From Acidobacteriota bacterium (GTDB lineage Bacteria; Acidobacteriota; UBA890; WLXD01): a stretch of DNA of 64,000 nt. Below are positions 34,375-44,505 of this stretch, in pieces. The DNA is taken from positions 1 to 64,000 of the forward strand of contig CAXWPH010000014.1 in the NCBI GenBank assembly GCA_963666055.2, read 5' to 3'. The notes beneath the pieces were generated by a model. That model worked only from the letters and a program-made list of their open reading frames with translations. It was not told the DNA's origin and made no database searches. Each line of letters starts with the position of its first letter. Position 1 is the first letter of the stretch. A program made the translations under genes and the position numbers.

Positions 34375-35254
34375 CCTCGCCTTCCGCTCTCTCCTGGTTT
34401 ATTTCCACGGTCGAGGTCGAACGTTCGGGCCCCCGGTATACTTCCACCTCGAAGTGAGTAGGAGCCGGGCGAGCTGCCGCTACGGGTGGTCGAGGGGGCG
34501 GTCGCGAAGCGGACCGCGACGGCCGCGGCGCGGGAGGATCGGAGATGAGTCGGCTCGCCAGCACACCGGGCGTCGCAACCAGGTCGGTGTCCAGGCTGTG
34601 GCGAAGCGCGAGACGGATGGTGCCCTTGCCGGACCCGAGGGCCAGCTTCTCGGCCTCCTCCGGTGTCACCAGCAGGGTAACCACCGGGACGGACTGGGGC
34701 TCACCCTGAGCATCCCGCTCGGTGATTTGGCCCGCCGAGGCGACCCGGATGTTCTGGAGCAGAATGCGGGTCCTGGGAACAGCTTGACCCGCCATCTGGT
34801 CGAGGGTGACGAGCACATCGACTCGCGTGCCGGGCAGGACGAAACCGGCCACGCCGACGACGTCATCCACCTTCACGCTCATGGCGCGCATCCCGTGCGG
34901 GATCAATACGGGCAGTCCGGCGCCGGCCTCGCTGCTGGCCACCTTGGAGGTCAGCAGTGGCTCGTTCAGTTTTACGTCTGCCAACAGTCCTCGGCCGACA
35001 ACCTCGGCCGGCGAGCGACTGAATCCCGTAGGGACGGCCCCGGCGGGCCACTCGATGAGCTTGACGTCCTCGGGTTCGAGCAGTGTCCCGGCGCCCATAT
35101 CGCGTGCCGCCACAACGACGTCGACGACCTCCAGGGTGGCGGTTCTCGGCTCAGTTCCGCCGCGCCCCCGCAGAACGCCGAAGGCAAGGTAGGCGGCCAG
35201 GCCTCCGGTGATGAGGGCCGCCGCAAGCATGAACCCGGCGCGTCTGTTCATCAT
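34325..35254 (-). CDS. cpaB: Flp pilus assembly protein CpaB
   Basis: VVVAARD SAF domain, GMRAMSVKV, GVAGFVLPGTRVDV, VTLLVTPEEAEKL. Confidence 0.93.
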   Translation of the reverse strand: MMNRRAGFMLAAALITGGLAAYLAFGVLRGRGGTEPRTATLEVVDVVVAARDMGAGTLLEPEDVKLIEWPAGAVPTGFSRSPAEVVGRGLLADVKLNEPLLTSKVASSEAGAGLPVLIPHGMRAMSVKVDDVVGVAGFVLPGTRVDVLVTLDQMAGQAVPRTRILLQNIRVASAGQITERDAQGEPQSVPVVTLLVTPEEAEKLALGSGKGTIRLALRHSLDTDLVATPGVLASRLISDPPAPRPSRSASRPPPRPPVAAARPAPTHFEVEVYRGPERSTSTVEINQERAEGEDAEAGDEGEGNSSGDR

Positions 35255-35272
35255 GAACCTGCCTTCGCGTCC

Positions 35273-35854
35273 TCAGCCTTCGATCCGCATAGCGGATGAG
35301 GTCGACAGAGTGATCGTGCCAAAATTGTCTCCGTTGCAGCCCATGCCTGCGCAGGCAAGATCAGCCAGCGGACCGAGCAAGATGAACTGGTACGGGAAGT
35401 CGATGCGCACTTCTTCCACCGCGCCCCGGATGCCGTCGCACAGCGCGCCCGCAACACCGTTGCAACTGAAGGTAACGACGGCCGGATCGAAGGCGAGGCC
35501 GCCCGAGGTCATTGTGTTCTCGATGATCCCGAGTACCGCGGGCTCGCTCGGGTCGATGATGCCGGCATCGGCCATCACCGCGCGACGCGCGCCCTCCCGG
35601 GCGGCATTCGTAATGACCTGGTAGCTTCTCCAAGCGGCGCCGAACTCGATAATGCCCCACACGAGGAGTAGCAGGCCGGGGATCACCAAGGCCATCTCCG
35701 CCAGCGCCTGACCGGACTCGTCCGCTCGCCGGAGTACCCCGCATTTCCGCGTGGGTCGCCTCGCTCCGTCGAGCGATCGACGCGCTGCGGACCGCTCGCA
35801 GGCGTTCCCGGCATTCCGCCGAAACTTCGCCAGCTTGGTGGCCGGAACTCTCAT
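35273..35854 (-). CDS. tadE: TadE family pseudopilin
   Basis: ESGQALAEMALV, GIIEFG, TNAAREGAR. Confidence 0.88.
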   Translation of the reverse strand: MRVPATKLAKFRRNAGNACERSAARRSLDGARRPTRKCGVLRRADESGQALAEMALVIPGLLLLVWGIIEFGAAWRSYQVITNAAREGARRAVMADAGIIDPSEPAVLGIIENTMTSGGLAFDPAVVTFSCNGVAGALCDGIRGAVEEVRIDFPYQFILLGPLADLACAGMGCNGDNFGTITLSTSSAMRIEG

Positions 35855-36400
35855 GGAAGCAGATGTGGGCGAATACGGCGCCCAAGCCAATGGCCAGGGC
35901 GTACGGTACCGTGACCGCGGCGGCGGCGTCCACCGTCAATGCCTCGCCTGACGCACGGCGGCGCCAGCGCGAGAACGTCCTCGAGTTCATTCCTTCGACG
36001 ATCAGCTGCATGTTGAGCAGGGTGCGACGGATAGCTCCCTGCCGGATCACCTCGATTGCCGCCATGACGCCGCCGATGACGGCGATGGCGACGAGCGCGA
36101 GTGGCAGTTGCGCCGGTCCTAGAAACGCACCGGCGGCCACGAGCAGTTTGACGTCGCCCCCGCCGAGACCGCCGACAAGAAAATCGGCAGCGCGACGAGG
36201 AGCGAAATCAAGGCGCCGGCCGCGGCGGCGCCGAGGCCGTCCCAGCCACCGGCCGCTCCCAGCAACAGCGCGGTCGCCAATCCGCCGACCGTCAACACGT
36301 TCGGCACTCGGCGCTCGCGAATATCGAAGAACGCAGCGACTACCGCGATTAGCACGAGACCGACTGTGGTCGCAGCATCGAGGTAGATCAATAGCACCAC
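35851..36400 (-). CDS. cpaA: Prepilin peptidase CpaA/TadV (A24), frameshifted near 36180
   Basis: FDIRERRVPN in one frame; GGLGGGDVKL and PYALAI in the next. Confidence 0.85.
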
Positions 36401-36463
36401 TCCCGCAAGGGTCGAGTTGACAGACCGGCGGCCGAAGTATTGCTGGAAACGAAGTCGGTGGCT

Positions 36464-36631
36464 TTAGCCCGCTAGTACTGCTGTGGCACGGTCGAACGCC
36501 GCGACGATCTGGGCCCGGAACAGAATGACGGCTGCCGAGACGACGACCGCGATAAGTGCCAGCAACAAGCCGTACTCAGCCATGTCCTGCCCAGATTCGT
36601 CAGTCCACAGTGTAGCGAAGAGATGGTACAT
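36464..36631 (-). CDS. flp: Flp family type IVb pilin (55 aa)
   Basis: GGAGG RBS; DESGQDMAEYGLLLALIAVV. Confidence 0.93.
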   Translation of the reverse strand: MYHLFATLWTDESGQDMAEYGLLLALIAVVVSAAVILFRAQIVAAFDRATAVLAG

Positions 36632-36749
36632 GTTGTCCTCCCAGCCAATCTGGCCTTGAAGTCCGAGACACCAGCCACCAGCGTGCGTCTCTAATGAAGT
36701 CCCCACCTCATAGGATCAAAAGGCTAACAGCCGGGGCGAGTTATTCTCA

Positions 36750-37408
36750 AGAGGCACGGCATACTCAACCGAGAAAGCTCCGAACAGTAGCGGCCAACAA
36801 CGACCAGGAGGCGACGGCCGGGGCCAACGTTGGGGGCCCTGTTGCAAGCGACGGCATGGTGCAGACCTACCGGCTGCGGCTGGATTACTTTGAGGGGGGG
36901 TGGAGTATCGGGTGAAGATCCCGGAGGCCGGCCGGCTCGACTTCGCCATGGGGGTCTTGCGAGAAGACGTGCCCGTGACTTTTTCGGGTCACGGCGATCC
37001 CTGATGCTGCCGGGGATGGCGAACCGACCGCGCTGTTCGAGGAGCACTATGCGGACAAGGAGGCCTGGGGCCAGCGTTCGGTGGATCTGGCCGACTTTGC
37101 GGGCCAGACGGTGACGCTCGGCCTCGAGGCCGAAGCCAAAGCCGAAGGGAGGGTCGCTTTGTGGGGAGCGCCGACCGTGACGGGCGGCGGGCAGCCGCCT
37201 CTCGCCAACGTCGTCTTCTACGTCTTCGACGGCGGTGCGGCGGACTACATGAGCGTGTACGGCTACAACCGTCGCACGACCCCAACCCTGGAGCGGCTGG
37301 CCTCGGAGGGTGTCGTGTTCGAGCGAGCCTACAGCAATTCCTCCTGGACGCTGCCCTCGACGGCCTCCTTCATGACTTCCCTACAGAACAGTGTGACGGG
37401 GGGGCTTG
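36750..37408 (+). pseudogene. Internal fragment of a sulfatase-like hydrolase
   Basis: VDLADFAGQTVTL, NVVFYVFDG, SVYGYNRRTTP, FERAYSNSSWTLPSTAS; both ends missing. Confidence 0.75.
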
Positions 37409-37409
37409 T

Positions 37410-37724
37410 CCGTCGAGGGCGGCGGCGGCATCACCAACTCGATACCTGCCGAGTAGTTGGAACGCCGTCGGCGCCGACAACGACAACAAGGACGTGGTCG
37501 AGTTCGCGATACGGCTAGGCGGTAGCAGCGAGGGTGCCTCGGACGTCTACGACAGCGCGATGGAGGCGGCCCGTCAGTTCGTCGCTGAGCACTGGCCGGC
37601 GATCGATGCTGTTGCCGATAAACTACTCGAACGCGTCGAATTGACCGGCGAAGAGGTGCGCCGACTCGTCGCCGCCGACCCCCCAGACCGACCCCTGGGC
37701 CGACGAGTGAACTACAAAAGCTAG
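37410..37724 (+). pseudogene. C-terminal fragment resembling the peptidase M41/FtsH-like helical domain
   Basis: AARQFVAEHWPAIDAVADKLLERVELTGEEVRRLV. Confidence 0.5.
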
Positions 37725-37798
37725 TCGGGACGGGGAGATTTGAACTCCCGACCCCCTGACCCCCAGTCAGGTGCGCCACCAAGCTGCGCCACGTCCCG
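37725..37798 (-). tRNA. tRNA-Pro(GGG), CCA not encoded
   Basis: cgggacgtggcgcagc...cctga-ctGGGgg-tcagg...gttcaaatc...gtcccga. Confidence 0.95.
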
Positions 37799-37831
37799 AA
37801 GCGGGGTCGGCGTGGTGCTGCCCGCCCCCGA

Positions 37832-38191
37832 TCAGAGCTTGTCATTGGCCTCTAACAGGGTCAAGATCGCGTCAACCTGGCGCCGGACGTCCTCGAGCAG
37901 GGTGGCCGCATCCGGCTCCCCGGCACCAGGCAATTCCGTCCGCAGCCGCCTCCGTGCCCCGGCGATCGTGTAGCCCTCCTGGTGCAGCAGGTCGCGGATT
38001 CGGAGGATGAGCTCGATATCGTCGGGGCGATACATGCGCTGACCGCCGAGGCTCTTGCGGGGGCAGAGCTGCGGGAACTCATGCTCCCAGTACCGTAGGA
38101 CGTGGCTCTCCAGGTCGGTCAGGCTGCACACCTCGCCCATGCGATAGAAGCCCTTGCGGTATCCAGTCGCGAGCACCGCCGACTCACCCAT
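37832..38191 (-). CDS. MerR family regulator (ihfA-linked type)
   Basis: YRMGEV...HVLRYWEHEFPQL.P.K..GGQRMY...LLHQEGYTIAGAR. Confidence 0.92.
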   Translation of the reverse strand: MGESAVLATGYRKGFYRMGEVCSLTDLESHVLRYWEHEFPQLCPRKSLGGQRMYRPDDIELILRIRDLLHQEGYTIAGARRRLRTELPGAGEPDAATLLEDVRRQVDAILTLLEANDKL

Positions 38192-38468
38192 TTATCGCCT
38201 CGAGCAACGCAGGTGCCGGATGGAAGGAAACGGCTCGACGGGCCGGAATGAGCATGCTCTCCCCGGTGGCCGGATTGACGTCTCGGCGTGGGGCGCGCTC
38301 GACTACCTCAAAGGCGCCAAAGTTCGTGATCATGACCCTGTCGCCACGCGCCAGGCGACGCCGCAAGACTGTGAGCACCCTGTCGACGTGTCTGACCGCG
38401 TCACCGACCGAAATCGCAGGCTGCGCGGCGTGGATGGCGTGGGCGATCTCTCGCTTCGTGAGCGTCAT
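38184..38468 (-). CDS. IHF alpha / HU family DNA-binding protein
   Basis: LTKREI, ITNFGAFEV, NPATGE, VSFHP; located upstream of MerR and tRNA-Pro. Confidence 0.88.
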   Translation of the reverse strand: MTLTKREIAHAIHAAQPAISVGDAVRHVDRVLTVLRRRLARGDRVMITNFGAFEVVERAPRRDVNPATGESMLIPARRAVSFHPAPALLEAING

Positions 38469-38507
38469 GACGCCTTGGGGATGCAACTTGACCCTTGTTA
38501 CGACGGG

Positions 38508-38516
38508 ATTATAGCA
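38508..38516 (-). promoter_or_regulatory. Extended -10 promoter (TGcTATAAT) for the IHF-MerR-tRNA unit, overlapping the der stop
   Basis: Reverse strand ggtgTGcTATAATccc about 40 nt upstream of the ATG. Confidence 0.55.
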
Positions 38517-39870
38517 CACCTTCCACGGCCTTCCGACGGCGGTCCTTGGTGCGCCGAACCCAAACGCGTACGGGCGTTCCGCTGAAATCGAACTCGTCGC
38601 GCAAGCGGTTCTCCAGGTAACGTTTGAAGTTGTCTGGGAGCTTCCGGCGTCCCCCACTGACGAACACCACGAAGCTCGGCGGACCGACCCTGGCTTGGGT
38701 CAGATACTTCAGCTGCGGCGAGCCGGGCGGGCCCTGGGCCCCACGCTGCTCCAGGCGTTCGAACAGGGCGTTGAGGGTTGCGGTGGGAACGCGCTGCATA
38801 CGGTTCCCCTGAACGCGGTCGACGCGCGCGAACAAGCTGTCGACGGCGCGCCCGGTCTTGGCGGAGGTAAACGCCACATCGGCGAACCCGATGCGTCCCA
38901 TCCGGTTGCGCAGCTCGCGCTGCCAGACGTCTGCCTTTCCGCTTTGGCTGGTTACCAGGTCCCACTTGTTGACCACCACGATGACGGCGCAGCCCGACTC
39001 GCCCGCCTCTGCAGCAATGGAGACGTCTTGCCGAGTAAGCCCGATCGTCGCGTCGACAACCAGCAGCGCCACATCGGCGCGCTGCATCCGCCGTCGAGCT
39101 ATCGTGACGCTCACCATCTCGACGAATCCCTCGCGGCGCCCGCCGCGCCGGATTCCGGCGGTATCGATGAGCAGATAAGGGCGCTCGTCACGCACCATCA
39201 AGGTGTCGATGGCGTCACGCGTAGTGCCCGAAACCTCGCTGACTATCACCCGTTCCTGGCCCAGCATGGCGTTTACGAGAGACGACTTGCCGACGTTGGG
39301 TCGCCCGACGACGGCAACCTTGACCGTTCCCTCGGGAAACGGGTCGGGCTCGGCATCGGACGCCGGTAACCTTGCGATGATGGCGTCGAGCAGGTCCGCC
39401 ACCCCATCTCCATGCTCCGCCGCGATGGTGAACACCGGCTGCACACCCAGCTCATGGAACTCCGAGCCGCGCGCCACGGCGATCTGCTCGGTATCGCACT
39501 TGTTGACAACCAGCAACATCGGGATGCCGCGGCGGCGCAATTCCATGACGATGCGCGCCTCGACGGGCACCATGCCCTCGCGAACATCAACCAGAAAGAG
39601 CACCAACTGCGCGTCTTCTACCGCGTATAGGGCATGGTCCTGGATCTTCCGCAGCAGCTCATCGGCGGACTCCCACTCGACTCCACCGGTATCGTTGAGC
39701 AGAAAATGATGCCCGCACCACTCCGCCGCGGCAGAATGCCGGTCTCGTGTGAGGCCCACCTCGGCGCTGACGATCGCCTGCCGGCGACCCAGGATGCGGT
39801 TGAACAAGGTCGACTTGCCGACGTTCGGACGACCGACGATTACGACTTCGGGTAGGCGATCTTCGGCCAT
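38509..39870 (-). CDS. der: Ribosome biogenesis GTPase Der/EngA
   Basis: Two GRPNVGKS P-loops, DTGG/DTAG, NKCD/NKWD, KH-like tail YLENRLR. Confidence 0.97.
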   Translation of the reverse strand: MAEDRLPEVVIVGRPNVGKSTLFNRILGRRQAIVSAEVGLTRDRHSAAAEWCGHHFLLNDTGGVEWESADELLRKIQDHALYAVEDAQLVLFLVDVREGMVPVEARIVMELRRRGIPMLLVVNKCDTEQIAVARGSEFHELGVQPVFTIAAEHGDGVADLLDAIIARLPASDAEPDPFPEGTVKVAVVGRPNVGKSSLVNAMLGQERVIVSEVSGTTRDAIDTLMVRDERPYLLIDTAGIRRGGRREGFVEMVSVTIARRRMQRADVALLVVDATIGLTRQDVSIAAEAGESGCAVIVVVNKWDLVTSQSGKADVWQRELRNRMGRIGFADVAFTSAKTGRAVDSLFARVDRVQGNRMQRVPTATLNALFERLEQRGAQGPPGSPQLKYLTQARVGPPSFVVFVSGGRRKLPDNFKRYLENRLRDEFDFSGTPVRVWVRRTKDRRRKAVEGVL

Positions 39871-39969
39871 CGTTGGGGGCTCGGGCACGGCGTCAGCGGC
39901 AGGTCGTAGAGACTATGCTAAGCTTCGGTTTTCTTCACTCGAAACGGCCCACTCGACCCTGAAAACTGC

Positions 39970-40248
39970 ATGATCAAGGCAGATATCGTCGAGCGCATCG
40001 CCGCCGCCACCGGCATCCCGAAGATCCAGGCGGAGCGTGCCGTCGACCGCATCCTACAAGTCGTAAAGGAGTCCCTCGCACGCGGGGAACGCATTGAGCT
40101 CCGGGGATTCGGAGTATTCGATGTCCGCCCGCGCAAGAGCGGCATCGGGCGGAACCCTCGCACCGGCGAAGAAGTCGTTATTCCGTCGGGGAAGACGGCT
40201 CGCTTCAAGCCCGGAAAACATCTGTCGAATCTCCCTGCCGACCTCTGA
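39970..40248 (+). CDS. HU/IHF family DNA-binding protein
   Basis: MIKADIV, IELRGFGVF, GRNPRTG, FKPGK. Confidence 0.93.
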   Translation: MIKADIVERIAAATGIPKIQAERAVDRILQVVKESLARGERIELRGFGVFDVRPRKSGIGRNPRTGEEVVIPSGKTARFKPGKHLSNLPADL

Positions 40249-40265
40249 CCCGCGCAGAGTACTTC

Positions 40266-41288
40266 TTGCACCGCGACGATACGTCCGCTCCGCCTCCCGG
40301 GCCCTGGCAACCTCCAGATTGGCCGCCTGGTGAGCCGAGACCTCAAAGCGACTACGGCACCGATCCCCAGATGACGCTGGAGCTGCCGGCACTGCCGCCC
40401 CCGCGTAGCCGGCGACATATGGTGCTGTTCGCGCTGACCGTCCTGACCACCAGCTACTGGGGCTTCATTCAGTATCAGGTCTACTACCTCGATGACCTCG
40501 TCACGCTCAATCCCCTGTCCGAGCCCATGCTTTGGCTCGCCGGCCTGCCGTATGGGCTCGCTGTCATTGCGTTTCTCCTTGCACACGAGATGGGTCACTA
40601 TCTGGCTTGCCGGTACTACGGAATAGGCGCCACCCTGCCCTACTTCATTCCGATCCCACCCGTACCGGGGTTGGTGCTCTTACCCGGCACGATGGGAGCA
40701 GTGATCCGCATCGTGTCACCGATCAAGAGCCGTCGCGCCCTCTTCGACGTGGCCATCGCCGGACCACTCGCCGGCTTCGCGGCGGCGCTCCCCATACTCG
40801 CGGTCGGGTTGGCTCAATCACGCGTTGTGAATCTACGAGACCTGGGTGCCGGCACCATAACCATGGGCGAGCCGCTGATTTGGGGCCCGCTGAGTGCCAT
40901 CTTCGCGCCACCGTTGGGCCCCGAGCAGACCCTGCTCGCACATCCGCTGGCCTTCGTCGGCTGGTTCGCGCTGCTGGTAACCGCCATGAACCTCTTGCCG
41001 GTCGGGCAGCTGGACGGCGGGCATCTGCTCTACGCCATCACACCTCGCCTACACCGCGCCATATCTCTGCTGATGGTGCTGGTGATGGTGGTTGCTGGAT
41101 TGCGCTTCTTCAGCGGCTGGTTGGTCTTCGCGTTCCTGGTGCTGTTCGTGCTGGGAATACGCCACCCTCGCCCGTTGACCTTCGAGGGAAGTCTGGGCAT
41201 GACGCGATCGCTATTGCTTGTGCTGGCCATCTTCGTCTTCATGACTTCGTTCACACTCGTGCCGATAACGATCGACTTGAGCTTCTAA
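40266..41288 (+). CDS. Site-2 protease (M50 family)
   Basis: HEMGH, AGPLAG, NLLPVGQLDGGH. Confidence 0.93.
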   Translation: MHRDDTSAPPPGPWQPPDWPPGEPRPQSDYGTDPQMTLELPALPPPRSRRHMVLFALTVLTTSYWGFIQYQVYYLDDLVTLNPLSEPMLWLAGLPYGLAVIAFLLAHEMGHYLACRYYGIGATLPYFIPIPPVPGLVLLPGTMGAVIRIVSPIKSRRALFDVAIAGPLAGFAAALPILAVGLAQSRVVNLRDLGAGTITMGEPLIWGPLSAIFAPPLGPEQTLLAHPLAFVGWFALLVTAMNLLPVGQLDGGHLLYAITPRLHRAISLLMVLVMVVAGLRFFSGWLVFAFLVLFVLGIRHPRPLTFEGSLGMTRSLLLVLAIFVFMTSFTLVPITIDLSF

Positions 41289-41328
41289 CCACTCTCAGCA
41301 GGTGGCCAGGACGGCAAGGAGGTGACCG

Positions 41329-42042
41329 TTGAGTACATTCGTTCTGATTCATGGCTCATGGCACGGGGCTTGGTGCTGGTACAAGGTCATACCTCTTTTG
41401 GAGCAGGCTGGTCATCGCGTCATTGCGCCCGATCTGCCGAGCCTCGGGAGCGACAAGACTCCGATTTCGGACGTGGCACCGAACACTTGGGCTGAGAGCA
41501 TCTGCCAGATCCTCGATGCAGAAATGGATCCAGTTGTTCTCGTAGGTCACAGCCGTGGCGGTATGGTCATCAGCCAAGTTGCAGAAGCAAGGCCACGGAA
41601 AGTCAAGACCCTCGTTTACCTAACTGCTTTTCTTCTTAGCGATGGCGAGTCGGTGTCGCAGGTCGCTCAGACGGATACAGCGTCACAGGTCGGTCCCAAC
41701 ATGATCGTCGACGAGGACCAAGGGTACGCGACAATTCGGGGGGAAGCGATTCGCCAGGCGTTCTACGGCTGTTGTGGCGATGAGGAAGTGGCGCTGGCGC
41801 GACTCCTGCTTCAGCCCGAGGCAATGGCTCCCCTCGGCTCACCGATTCACGTCACGCCGGGGAAATTCGGGCGGATCCCACGGGTATACATTGAATGTTT
41901 GCGTGACAAGGCCATAAGTCCGACAGTGCAGAAGCAAATGTACAGCGCAACCTCATGTGAGAGAGTCATTTCGATGGACACGGACCATTCACCATTCTTG
42001 TCGGCGCCGGTAGAACTCGTAGGTCACTTGACTTCGATGTAG
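41329..42042 (+). CDS. Alpha/beta hydrolase (methylesterase/SABP2-like), probable integron cassette gene
   Basis: AGGAGG RBS; HGSWHGAWCW, GHSRGG nucleophile elbow, HSPF; lower GC; followed by attC. Confidence 0.9.
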   Translation: MSTFVLIHGSWHGAWCWYKVIPLLEQAGHRVIAPDLPSLGSDKTPISDVAPNTWAESICQILDAEMDPVVLVGHSRGGMVISQVAEARPRKVKTLVYLTAFLLSDGESVSQVAQTDTASQVGPNMIVDEDQGYATIRGEAIRQAFYGCCGDEEVALARLLLQPEAMAPLGSPIHVTPGKFGRIPRVYIECLRDKAISPTVQKQMYSATSCERVISMDTDHSPFLSAPVELVGHLTSM

Positions 42043-42052
42043 TGGATGCGCC

Positions 42053-42114
42053 GTCTAACACGCCATTGCAGACTGATCGGCTTCGCCCGGCAGCTGAATG
42101 GCAAGACGTTAGGA
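42053..42114 (+). mobile_element. Integron attC site (62 bp)
   Basis: GTCTAAC-acgccattgcagactgatcggcttcgcccggcagctgaatggcaagac-GTTAGGA: RYYYAAC...GTTRRR core sites with imperfect dyad gccattgcag/ctgaatggc. Confidence 0.85.
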
Positions 42115-42323
42115 AGCACCGCCGATCGGCGGAAGAGGTATCGAACACGTGCAGTGGCGAGATCGACCTGTCGCGCGTGGCGGACCGCTCTTCGTGACCG
42201 CCTGGCGGCATCGCCAGTGCCTCCGAGATCCAACGGAGAGGCTGGGCGGAATCTCGGAGGCCGTGTACGTCTCACAGGTGTATGGACCCGTTCGAGCGCC
42301 CGCGAAAACCTCCTGCCTGATCC

Positions 42324-42380
42324 GGTCGGGCTGCCGCCCCGGACGATCTACGACCTACTCCGTAACGGTGAACTCCACCC
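42324..42380 (+). pseudogene. Short excisionase/HTH-like fragment
   Basis: VGLPPRTIYDLLRNGELHP resembles the xis/HTH_17 recognition helix. Confidence 0.4.
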
Positions 42381-42532
42381 CAGCCACCTCAGCAGCCTCC
42401 AGAAGCAACGCTAGCTGCTGCTCTGGGCGAGGTGGGCGATCTGGGTGCTGGGGGTGCGCTTCATGCGCGGGAGCCTACTCCGAGGGCACCCGGTCGATCA
42501 GCCCAGGCAATCAAGTGGCGCACGGATAACCG

Positions 42533-43009
42533 TTATCCATCACGAGTGCCAGCGGGGTCGGATCTGGAGCCGGGGACTAGTCGGGTCGCCGCCACCCGGC
42601 GGATCTCCTTGTCCTCGTCGCGCTTCATCATCCGCCACGCCGCGAAACAGCCGGCCGCGAGCAGGACGAACCCGACTGATGCGCCCAGGGTGATCGGCGG
42701 CGCATAGCCCCCTCTGACGGTGGCAACCGGCACCGCGACAGCGAGCCCCAGCGCCAGCGGTGTCCAGGCTCGGCAGATCCGTTGTCGGCTCTTACCGTAT
42801 GAGTAGGCGGACAGGAAGAAGTCTGAGCTGTTCACCGCCTCATCTCTCATGCGGCGGTACTCGGTGTCGTCGTTGGCTGCGTGCCGTCCAGCCAGTAGCC
42901 GCCATTTGAACAACTCGTCGGCCAGCCGATCTACCACGACGCCCAGGAGATACGTGGCGACGAGACCCGGCGCGATGAGCCACACCGGCGGGCTGAGCAT
43001 CGGCAACAT
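42533..43009 (-). CDS. Hypothetical membrane protein (probably 5'-truncated)
   Basis: Three hydrophobic segments; YLLGVVVDRLAD...SRQRICRAW. Confidence 0.55.
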   Translation of the reverse strand: MLPMLSPPVWLIAPGLVATYLLGVVVDRLADELFKWRLLAGRHAANDDTEYRRMRDEAVNSSDFFLSAYSYGKSRQRICRAWTPLALGLAVAVPVATVRGGYAPPITLGASVGFVLLAAGCFAAWRMMKRDEDKEIRRVAATRLVPGSRSDPAGTRDG

Positions 43010-43099
43010 GGGCGGAAAGAGGGCTACGACGATGGCAACGACAAGCCCACCCGCTCCAGGCGAGTCAGCACGGCATTGGCGCTGAACGCTGCTCTATGG

Positions 43100-43236
43100 A
43101 TCGTCGCGCCGCCGCTTGCTTCGCACGCCGGCGCTCGCCTGGCATCGCGGAGAATGTTCTCTCGCTGCACGACACGACGAAACCGCCGCAGGGCGTGTTC
43201 GATTGACTCGCCGTCCTCGATGCGGACGAAAGCCAT
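43100..43236 (-). pseudogene. rpsU: 30S ribosomal protein S21 pseudogene
   Basis: MAFVRIEDGESIEHALRRFRRVVQRENILRDA, then PGERRRAKQAAARR in another frame; the intervening ~8 codons are missing. Confidence 0.8.
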
Positions 43237-43340
43237 GGTTCGGTTTCCTGGTTGGGGAGCCGGGCGCGGAAGCGGTGCACCGTCTCCTGATCTTCTTGCC
43301 TGTGCACGAAGGGCGTGCCGTAGTGCGGCCAGAAGGAGCA

Positions 43341-43369
43341 AGCCTACCGACTTCGGGTCAGGCCGTCAA
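43341..43369 (-). promoter_or_regulatory. Sigma70-type promoter upstream of the rpsU pseudogene
   Basis: TTGACG-17 nt-TAGGCT on the reverse strand. Confidence 0.55.
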
Positions 43370-43454
43370 ACGCTTTCGCGCCAGTCGCACCGGGCCGCCC
43401 GCAGCATCCTGGACCGCTTGTTGCCCACTCTCGGATCGACCGTATGAGTAGGCG

Positions 43455-44351
43455 GAACTCGCCTGGGTGGATCGTGATGGCCAACTCGAGTCGCTGCCCT
43501 TCGAGCCGCGTCAGTCTCGGTTCTTAGACCTCTCGCCGGATGACCAGCGCATCGCGCTCCAAATCCCCGGAGATGATGGGGAGTGGGACATCTGGATCTA
43601 CGAGATCGAACGAGGAGGCAGCGGGGTATTGCTGACTACGGAGGGCAACAACCGATTTCCCGTTTGGTCGCCCGATGGAGAGTGGGTTTTCTTCAGGTCG
43701 GATCGGGGTGGCAACAACGACATCTGGAAGCGCCGGGCTGACCGGAGTCTCGACGCCGAGCTGGTGTTGGATACAGAGGCTCCCGTGCGCCCGTCGTCGA
43801 TCTCGGACGACGGTGAGATGCTGCTATTTGTCAGCGGCCCCCAAGAGAGTCGTGACGTGGGGATACTGGCTCTCGATACAGGTGATACGGAATTGTTGGT
43901 CGATACCGCCGCCAATGAGGATTGGCCCAGTTTCTCGCCGGACGGTCGCTTCTTCGCCTTCATGTCGGGCGAGACCGGGCAATACGAGGTGTACGTGCGG
44001 GAGGTATCGAGCGGTCGGACATTTCCGGTCTCTACGAGCACCCGTGGTGGTGGGTTCCCTCTCTGGTCGCGGAATGGAAGGGAGATTTACTACGGCTCCC
44101 CCGTAAGCCCAGGCATCCTCGTCGCAGAGGTGGAGATGGAGCCGTTTTCCGCATCGGAGCCTCTCGAACTCTCGGACATCGTCATGCATCCCTTTTTCAG
44201 ATTCGATGTCACCGCCGATAGACAGAGGTTCCTGGTGGCGGTGCCCGCTGGTAGTGATGAGACCGGGGGCACGGCACGCGGAGCACGACTCAACGTGGTC
44301 CTCAACTGGTTCGAGGAATTGAACCGGCTGGTGCCGACGGGCGGCTCTTGA
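43455..44351 (+). pseudogene. C-terminal TolB/PD40 propeller part of a kinase-TolB protein
   Basis: ELAWVDRDG, PVWSPDG, PSFSPDG repeats, ending [20 protein letters not shown]; no start or kinase domain. Confidence 0.85.
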
Positions 44352-44495
44352 TGATCGGCAAGACCCTCGGCCACTACGAGATCCTGTCCCCGCTCGGTGA
44401 AGGCGGGATGGGCCAGGTGTACCGAGCACGCGACACAACGCTGGATCGTGATGTCGCCATCAAGGTGCTGCCGGAGGACTTCGCGGACGACGCTG
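44351..44495 (+). pseudogene. N-terminal ~48 codons of a Ser/Thr kinase
   Basis: [48 protein letters not shown], coupled to the upstream stop (TGATG), then unrelated sequence. Confidence 0.9.
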
Positions 44496-44505
44496 CCGTG
44501 GCCTG

